Assembly: GCF_026210795.1 (NCBI RefSeq)
Contig: NC_089433.1
Coordinates: forward strand, 3,534,001 to 3,598,000
DNA from: Rhizophagus irregularis
Lineage: Eukaryota
Direction of reading: 5' to 3'
Length of the DNA stretch: 64,000 bases
Below, one piece after another: positions 55,373-64,000 of the stretch. Every line of letters starts with the position of its first letter. The stretch's first letter is position 1. The notes below the pieces were generated by a model. It was not told the DNA's origin, did no database searches, and saw nothing but the letters and a program-made list of their open reading frames with translations. The translations under genes and the position numbers were made by a program.

Positions 55373-55835
55373 ACGTAGTAATTAAGTATGAATTTTATTT
55401 AAGACAAAATTATAATAATAAATACTGGATTTATGCACATTATATGTATCATTGGAACAAAAAAATAAATAAATTATTACTATATTTACGTTACTAACTC
55501 TCGTTATGATTAATAGAGATTCCATTTGAAATTGGGTTACATTTATAAATTAAGTAAATTAGAATATTCGAATTTTGAGATCCGAATTTGTTATGAGATT
55601 AGAAAAATACTGAGATTCGATTCATTCGAATGTTTCGATTGTAAAATACAATGCAAAATGCATTTTTTTAATTTTTTCAACTATAAAATTATAATAAAAT
55701 CCATAATACGTAAAAGAAAAATAGTCTAAAACGCACATACAGTAATATTTAAATACTTGAAATACTATAATATAAATTCGAATGTCCATTTGAGATTTGA
55801 ATATCATGTGAGATTCGATAAACATTCATTGAGAT

Positions 55836-56257
55836 TAGGGATGGCAACGGTCGGTCACGGTCGGTTATCGGTCGGTCATAACCGGTTAAGGGCCTTTGAC
55901 CGACCGACCGTTTTGGCTGACCGTTTTTCTGACCGTTTGACCGACCGTTTAACCGACCGTTTAACTGTTTTTTTTAATGAATTTAATTAAGAAAAAACGT
56001 TAAAGTGTTTTTTTTTTGATTAAATCCACTAAAGAAATGTTATAACAACTTTTTTTATTGATTAAGTTCGTAAAAAAATTGTTAAATAATTAAATGGTCA
56101 GTTAACGGTCGGTTAAACGGTCGGTCAAACCAGTCGGTCAAACTGGTCGGTCAAACCGGTCGGTTAAACGGTCGGTCAGAAGCCTTTGACCGACCGATAT
56201 CGGTCACGGTCATAACCAGTCATGACCAGTTAATAACCGTAACCGTTGCCATCCCTA
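55836..56257. mobile_element. hAT-family MITE, 422 bp
   Basis: Perfect TIR tagggatggcaacggt/accgttgccatcccta; 8-bp TSD attgagat/attgaaat; cggt/accg subterminal repeats. Single attgagat in the paralogous flank at ~59022. Confidence 0.92.
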
Positions 56258-56576
56258 ATTGAAATATGATTTATATTAGAATTTACATATTATATTTTTT
56301 TCAGATATTCGAATTTCGGACTTTCAAGTGGAAACTTTATCATGAAAAATATATCTAAATTAAAGTTTACATGTAAAGCGTAAGAGAATGAATTATATTC
56401 ATCTAAACGCAAATATTGCAATTAGTGTAATTTGTTATAATTAATATACTCAATCGGAAGTCCGTGTTTCCATTTTTTTTTGTCCCTTAATAAATTTATC
56501 CGAATTTTCCGTAATAGTACAAATGAAATAATTTTATCCTTCGTAATAAATCGCCAATCAATCATAGCTTGTTGAA

Positions 56577-56781
56577 CAGGACCCGGGACCCGAGTTATAT
56601 AGTATATATAGGTCAGGGGAGATCGGCACACATTTACTATTAGCCCTACGCATTTCTTCAAGACCGGCACTATGTAATGCTGGTCGGCATTATACACAAA
56701 TGGAAGTGATCTACCTGATTTTTTTTTTTTTTGGCTCATTCTAAGCAAATGACCAGGACATATGTATAGCTCTGGGTCCTG
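56577..56781. mobile_element. Foldback/MITE-like structured element, copy B
   Basis: caggacccgg/ctgggtcctg and gagttatata/tgtatagctc inverted repeats. Core shared with 53536-53732. No TSD. Confidence 0.6.
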
Positions 56782-56850
56782 CCTATTTTGGAAGTAAAGC
56801 CGTCATCATCTGCAGTTGGGCGTACTGCTTAACCATATATGATATCTGAA

Positions 56851-57074
56851 AGAGAGCATAGTAAACATGTAGTGTATGGTTGGCTATGTATGTAGGGTAT
56901 GGTTAAACATCACATATAAAAGTATCACGTATCCGTGGTACAGAATAGAACGGTCTAGACCTTTCCTTATTTGGTAATAAACAATATAGATCTGTATGGA
57001 ACGCGTGTGAAATTTTGCATACCCTACATACATAGGTATGCATACACTACATGTTATCGTAACACCCTATCTCT
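56851..57074. mobile_element. MITE in the proximal promoter/5' UTR of BTB copy 5, 224 bp
   Basis: AGAGA..TCTCT termini with long imperfect TIRs (aacatgtagtgtatg, ctatgtatgtagggtatg). Duplicated gaa, or tctgaaa with shifted ends. Empty site gatatctgaaataact upstream of copy 4 (~53806). Confidence 0.88.
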
Positions 57075-57128
57075 GAAATAACTATAAATAATTCTTTTTT
57101 TTAAAAAAAAAAAGAAAAAAAGAAAAAA

Positions 57129-58641
57129 ATGGTTACTCAATTTTTTTCGAAATTAAGTCAAAATTATATTGAATTATTAAAAGACGATGAATATTATGAT
57201 GTCACAATTGAAGTTGGTGAAGACCCTAACGTAAAAATATTTCGTGCTCATATGAATATTTTGTGTTACCGTTCTCCATATTTACGACGAATATTAAAGT
57301 CCAACAAAAATAACAATGATAACGTTTTAACCCATATTAAATTATCAAACACATCACCGGAAATCTTTCAAATTGTATTAGAGTAAGTTAAATATCATGT
57401 TATATATAACTTTGAATATTCAAATTATAACTTTTATTTTTATAATTAGGTATATTTATGGAGGTATTCTTTCATTGGATGAAAAGGACATTTCAGACCT
57501 TCTTAAAGTTTTGGCTACTGCAGATAAACTTAGTCTTCAAGAGCTAGTTGATTATTTACAAGGATATTTAATTGAAAATAAGTCTGAACAGCTAGAACAA
57601 TATTTTGAATTTGCTCAACAAATTAGCTCAAATTCTAATAATTTATTAAAACTTCAAGAATTTTGTACAAATTTAATGGTTCAGTCTCCTGAGAAAGTTC
57701 TTAAATCATTAAATTTCACTTCATTTCCTGAAAAATCTTTAATTTCACTTATTAAAAGTAATGATTTACAAATGACAGAAATTGAAATATGGGAACATGT
57801 ATTAAAATGGGGACTTGCGCAAAATCCAACTCTCATTCCAGATCCTAAAACTTGGTCTGATGATGATTTTAAAACAATGAAGAATACTCTACAACATTGT
57901 TTACCCTTCGTTAGATTTTTTTGTTTATCACCAAAAGAATTTTCACAAAAAGTTCGTCCATATCAAAAACTCCTAAATCAACAACTTTATGAAGATTTAT
58001 TAAACTTTTATTTAGATCCTGAAAGTGTATCATCTCATAACATTCAACTTCCTAGAAAAATTAAAATTAATGAAAACATTGAAGAAGTTATTTGTTCACT
58101 AATCGTTAATTCTGGTATTGTTTCAACAATTTCAAGATGGATAGATAAAATAGTTATTAATGATAATAATTTTAATGAATCATATTTACCATATAAATTT
58201 GAATTATTGTTAAGAGGAAGTCGAGATGGATTTACTCCTAAAAAATTTCATGAATTATGTGATAATAAACCTAATACTGTTACATTCATTAAAATAAAAG
58301 GAACAGAAGAAATTATTGGTGGGTATAATCCAGTAATATGGGAAACCCCCCAAACGAGTTCTTGGGGTAAAACCAAAGATAGTTTTATTTTTTCTTTTAA
58401 AAATAAGAATAATTTTAAAGATGCAATTTTGAGCAAAGTAATAAATTCTAATTATGCACTATTGTTTAGTTCTATATCTGGTCCATATTTTGGTGGTGAT
58501 ATTAATATAAATGCTTCAAATGAATTTGTAAATTATGACACCACTGAATATTATATTAATTTTTATGAAAAAAAGATAAGAGATATTGAAGGTAAGTTTA
58601 TTGTAGAAGATTACGAAGTGTTTCAAATAATAAAAAAATAA
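57129..58641 (+). CDS. BTB/POZ-BACK-TLDc protein, copy 5 (exons 57129-57382, 57450-58641)
   Basis: Same motifs and intron position; intact frame. Confidence 0.93.
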
Positions 58642-59965
58642 ATGTATTTTAAAGGATGAATTTTATTTAAGACAAAAATATAATAAATATTGTATTGATA
58701 CGCATTATATGTAACAAAGAAATAAATAAATTATTGCTATATTTACGTTACAAACTTTCAGTTATTAAATAGATTCCGTTTGAAATTATGATATTCAAAT
58801 GTTCATTTATAAATCAAGTAAATTAGAATATTCGATCATAGAATTTTGAGATCGAAATATACTATGAGATTTGAATATAAATTGCAATCTTAAGATATAA
58901 TGCAAAATGCTTTTGTTAATTTTTGAACTATTACTTTGATTTTTATAATAATTGAGATCCTATTAAAGTTCATAACACGTAAAAGGAAAAAATACTAGTC
59001 TAAAACGCACATACTGTATCCATTGAGATATTATACGAATTATATTAGAATTTACATCTCACATATTTTCAAATATTCGAATTTCAAGACTTTAAGTGGA
59101 AGATCTACCATAAAAAATATATCTAAATGTAACTTTGCTATGCAATGTCAAAAATTTACATATAAATTGTAAGGGAATTAACTAAACGCAAACGTTACAA
59201 TCAGTGTAATTTGTTAAAATTAATGCATTAAATTGGAAGTCAGTGTTTCAGAAGTTGTTTCTATCTCTAAACTGTGTTATCAAAGCCAACGTTTTTTTGA
59301 CCTTAATAATTTTATCAGAATATTCTGTAAATGAAATAGTTTATTTCCACTCATTAATTTGTATAAAAAAGTCCTTTGTAATAAATTTATCACCGATCAA
59401 TCATTAATTGCAATAGCTTGTGAACAATGATCTATCTTAATTATATGATTGTAAGAAAAACTTATTGTTCATTAAATTCATTATAATATTACTGCATATT
59501 AAAAATTTGAGAAAATCAATTTTCAAGGCTAAGAAATTTTGGATTTAATTTATATAAATTTATGATTTTACTTTAAATAAAAAGCTTTGCAATTAGTATA
59601 ATTACGAATTCATTAGATTTAATTGAAGTAAGCAAGATTTGTGATAGGATGATTAAAAAGCATAATTTCAATACGTATTATAGTTAACTTTCCAAGTTAG
59701 AGGCGATATTATTTAATACTTATAATAATTGTTAATTTAATTATAATTGATAGCTGTTTAAGTAATTATTATGTTTATTAAATTATCCAATTTTGTAACG
59801 CGCAAATTTAAATAACAATCGACATAAAAGGAGTTTAGGTTTGACGTTTTAGATAAATTTAGCGCCTTATAAAAAAGCTTAGATTTAAATAAAGGTGATG
59901 GAAATTCAATATGCTCGACCATTTATTGGTTCGATCAATAATTAAACTTAATTAACTTAATTAAG

Positions 59966-60312
59966 CCCTATAAAAATGAAATTGTGTTAAATTCGTTTAA
60001 TATTTGTGTTCATGTATAAAAACGTCTAAAAAAGCATCGTTTTATCTGATTTATGTCTTATTACAAAAGAACAAAAATTAAACAAAATGGTGCTTTTTTA
60101 GACATTATCACACGAGCACAAACTTTACAGAAACTTAAAGATCGTAGCGATGGCTTAATGCGCAGTAACTGCGTTATAAATACATAGTGACCACATTATG
60201 TAATCGTAAAGAAATTACATATATGCAGTTACTGCGCATTAAGCCATCGCTACGATCTTGCAGTTTCTGTAAAGAATATAAAACAAATTTAACACATCTC
60301 GTTTTTATAGGG
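59966..60312. mobile_element. MITE with CCCT..AGGG termini and 4-bp TAAG duplication (piggyBac-like ends)
   Basis: Left TIR ccctataaaaatgaaattgtgttaaatt..gtctaaaaaagca matches the reverse complement of the right side. taag at 59962-59965 and 60313-60316. Confidence 0.75.
60128..60269. mobile_element. Tc1/mariner-type MITE nested in the right TIR of the previous element
   Basis: TA|CAG..CTG|TA junctions and ~45-bp near-perfect TIR cagaaact..aagatcgtagcgatggcttaatgcgcagtaactgc. Confidence 0.85.
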
Positions 60313-61070
60313 TAAGTGAGATGATGAATTTAATGAAAGGTTATACTGTAGATAAGAACTAAAAAATTTGAGGGGGAAGGAATAATTTAAACAAACATGA
60401 TATTTAACATATTAAAAATTTCAAGAAACTTCGGTAAATTGTGGAATATTCGGTACCACTCAATTTTAGAAAAAATAGGGGATGATTTAAACATATGTGA
60501 ACATATGTGTTTAAATATATAAAAAACAATAAATAATAAATAAATAATAATTGATAATATAAAATCATCCCGAATAGTATAAGTGTATAACTAACTATAA
60601 ATTAATTATAAATTAATTTTTATAGGAACTTTAGTTATAATTTTTTTGATTAAATCTATTGTTGTGAAAATAATATCATTAGATTATCTCACATAGAGCC
60701 TTTAGTTAAGATAAATTAATATACGGCTCTATAGGACCATCATGTACACGTTGTACCAATATTCTGCACGTCATGCTTAATATAGCGATTATAACGTGCT
60801 CAATATTATTAAATGCAAATTTATATAATTATGAAGTTTATAAAATACAGTATATGATTATAGATATTATTAAAAATGCATAAAATAAAAAAGATAATAT
60901 TTTAATATTAGCATAACAATCAAATATTCATAAAAATATATTATTCTTTCTTTTGACATTATTTATGTACTAAAAGATTCAATAAAGGTGATTTAGAAAG
61001 AGAAGAAGAAATAAACTAATAAAGTATAAAAAAAGTTTAATGATGGTCATTCTGATCCGTATATTAATAT

Positions 61071-61160
61071 TGTTATTGTACGGGCGTCATGCTTAATAAT
61101 GATCTGATGTGGCACTCCGTGCCACATCATACCATTATCAAGCACGTTCGTACAATAACA
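61071..61160. repeat. 90-nt near-perfect hairpin
   Basis: tgttattgtacg..tgatgtggcac-tcc-gtgccacatca..cgtacaataaca. Confidence 0.85.
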
Positions 61161-61248
61161 TACAAATAATTTTAAAGGCATCATTTATAAAAAAAAAAAT
61201 CAACGCTTTCTTTTATGGGGATTTCTAAAATGCTAATTATCTTAAAGT

Positions 61249-61833
61249 TAGAGCTTCGACCCGGATAATCCTAATGCTGTTATGGGATTATCCGTTTCGA
61301 AAAAATTGTATCCAATATTCTGTGTCAGTTAGTTACGGATAATTCGAATAAAAATTATGGGGGCATTTGGATTATCCTAAGCTTATTTGCGCAACAATTA
61401 ATCGTCATAATTAATTCAAATAAAATTCATATTTCAATATCATATTATATATTTATATTACATTTTCGCTTATTAAATAATGTATTTAATTTTACTTAAT
61501 CAATTAAACATTCTACCAACCATGTTTAGCATAAAGGTGCTTAAAGATTTTGAAGAAGACTGTTCACAGTCACTTGTGGCATATTCGATATCTTGCATTT
61601 TATTATTTATATCATTTTGCACTAATGTGGCTTCATTATTATTATTGGTAGCCATTTTTAGAAGAGTTAAAAAGCATCAAGAAGCTTAATTTAACCTTTA
61701 TTTATTAAACCTAGGATATCGAAAGTATAATCCGGATAATCCTATGTAAAAAAAAACAATATACGGATACCCACCGGATATATTGATAAATCCTAGAGCA
61801 TTCTAGTTACATTACCCGTTAAGGAAAGCTTTA
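61249..61833. mobile_element. hAT-like MITE, 585 bp, inserted at the terminus of a second hAT-like element (~61836-62113)
   Basis: Ends tagagctt/aagcttta; 8-bp TSD cttaaagt/cttagagt; ggataatcc subterminal repeats. The second element has tagagtttggatccgtt / aacggatcaaaacta ends. Confidence 0.7.
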
Positions 61834-63418
61834 CTTAGAGTTTGGATCCGTTATCCGTTTGAATATTCAATTTACAGTTACGAATAAATGGTTGAAACAA
61901 AAATTTTAGAATAAGCATTCTTCGGATATCCGACGGATACTTGGATTTTAAATCCATTACTACAACATTACATTACAAGAATAAATTATTAAATTTTATC
62001 TCATTGGCTTAATGACGACCTACTAAACCATTTAAATTTGCAGTCTTTCTTTATCCATAAATCTGAATGATCATCCAAATATTAATATCCGTTCAAACAA
62101 CGGATCAAAACTATTCTTTCTCCGACAAATGAATATTCTTTACAGACTTTACACTGAATTAATTTTCTTGGTGGTAATTTCTTCTTCATTTCTTACATAT
62201 TTCTTTATGTCGTTTAATACAAGATTTTCGCATTCTTTTATTACATATTTCTATATTAGTAACTTTCCATTATCGAATTTATACTGTACATACTTTGTAT
62301 CAGTTGGTTACTAGTTTAAAAAATTTGTTCGTTACTTAAAATTTGTAAATTTATATATTATGAACAATATAAAAATGTTATCATCACTGAAGTGGCGAAT
62401 AAAAAATATTATGTTATGAAAAGCGATATTATTAATATTCAGAATGATGTAACTCTTATGTTTTTCACGTGTAATTTATGATAAAATGATGGATTACATT
62501 ATGCTTAGATTCATCTAGACTGACGCTTCTTATTGGTTTATACAGATTTTTATATTTTGCTTATACTGTAGATCTCTGTTGATCGCGATGTTTCTCAAAT
62601 TCTTTTTTACATAACTTGTACAAAGATTTATAGGTTGTGTTAATTGTCCAAAATAATTTATAAAATATTTATTTGAATCCAATTTTAGATAAGAATGATC
62701 ATTTAAAATTAAATATTTATGCAAATATTTATTAAACTTGTATTTTTATTTTATGAGCTTCTCACTATTTAATAATAACAATATATGGATATACCAGTAC
62801 ACCCGTTCAATATGATCGCTCATATTCATGATAATTATAATGAAATATGCATAAGAACATAACAGATAACTGTTAATTAAAATAAAATTAACAAATAAAT
62901 TATAATTACAATCAAATTAAAAAAAGGATGGATAGATAAGGAACAAAAAAATTTTAATAACTACATTTAATAGAGAGTCTATTGAAAGTAAATGTTTTAT
63001 TATGTAATATTCACACTTCTCTTGCATACCAAATTCGTTAAAGAACTAAAGATATCAGATATGATAACTTGTGATTTCAGAAATTTAATGGTGACAAGAT
63101 TTTTCTGAGCTAAAATTTTGAAGAAATTTAAGAATTAAACTAAATAGGAAGCGTAAATAATTGAATATATTTTTTCTTTTTATTTGCCCCTGCAGATTAA
63201 CTAATGAAAGTGACTATATATAGAGGGTTTTTTAACATTGTGATTATAGAGGAGAATTTTTGCATAGCCATATAAGTATATGGAAAAGTATGAGGGTTTA
63301 TATGGTGTGATGACGTGATTGTACGGTGAGAGACTGTTCCTATTTTGGATCATCATCTTTGATGACCACGTATCGGCCGCATCGCCAATCTTTTTCTTGT
63401 AAAACGAAACATAAGACA

Positions 63419-64000
63419 ATGTCAGAGAATACAAATGAATATAAATCGTTTTTTAAAGTGTGCTGCCAAACAAAAGACAATATTAAGTTTTTAGGTGAAA
63501 ATAATGAAATAAAGACTTCGTGTAAAGATTGTAGAAAAATAACGAGTTTCTAAACGATAAAAAACGAGAATAAATCACAGCCGAAGCTCATAGAGAAACT
63601 ATTATAACCAAGAAATGCCATATTACTTGAGCGACTTTCTACATTTTTTTAATATTATTATTATTATTATTATTAAATATTATTTAGCATTTTTTTTTTA
63701 ATTTATAGTCATAAAAAGAAAAATCAGACGATGTAAACAGATAAAAAGTAATTTTTTTTTTTAGTTACAAATGTTGTTATTATTATTATTATTATTAGAG
63801 ACAACTGGTCTAGTAGTCTATTAGTCATTTTTCATCATATTAAACATTATTTAATGTATAGGTTCGAAGAAAGAGACTTATCCCTTACTCTCAAAATCTA
63901 TCATTACAATTTAGTTGACAAGAACTTGTAGAAGTATTGATTTGATTTTCACAGTTTTACTACACTCTTCACAATCCATTAAGACATTATTAGATGACTA
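63419..64000 (+). pseudogene. Degenerate intron-containing gene with N-terminal Zn-finger-like motif, possibly a Mutator-like transposase remnant running off the window
   Basis: MSENTNEYKS..KVCCQTKDNIKFLGENNEIKTSCKDCR then stops; exon-like pieces follow polypyrimidine-AG sites. Confidence 0.35.

Noticed and set aside
55757..55990. ORF with DRLTDRLT repeats
   Set aside because: Translation of hAT MITE subterminal repeats.
5990..58436. Antisense/overlapping ORFs in the track (e.g. 5990-6208, 11968-12255, 21475-21714, 33634-34035, 34561-34905, 58248-58436)
   Set aside because: Shadows of real genes on the opposite strand or frame, with no motifs of their own.
30600..58605. Diversity-generating retroelement explaining TLDc hypervariability
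   Set aside because: No reverse transcriptase and no invariant template repeat in the window. Differences include indels and non-adenine positions and are better explained by selection plus conversion.

Overview
Very AT-rich, intron-containing eukaryotic DNA, so the ORF track shows only exon fragments. I rebuilt gene models by hand from GT..AG junctions. The gene families (tyrosine-kinase-like kinases with HRDFHSGN/DLG, BTB-BACK-TLDc, Crinkler, F-box, ML-domain) point to an arbuscular mycorrhizal fungus, probably Rhizophagus-like; this is inferred from family content, not from a search. In order: a secreted ML/NPC2-like lipid-binding gene; a divergent histone H2A; a 7-exon BRCT protein with a PIP-box-like motif; two tandem Cys-rich TKL kinases separated by a TIR element carrying a kinase fragment; a large multi-TM receptor-like gene; an F-box pseudogene; and five BTB-BACK-TLDc paralogs with hypervariable TLDc ends. 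Between BTB copies 1 and 2 lie an intact Crinkler (Ubl + P-loop NTPase + REase + HhH) bracketed by mobile-element debris (an integrase fragment on one side), a kinase pseudogene, and a 3.4-kb satellite of palindromic ~37-bp units interrupted by a Helitron. Several small transposons have readable TSDs, some confirmed by empty sites in paralogous flanks. No CRISPR array, tRNA or rRNA is supportable.
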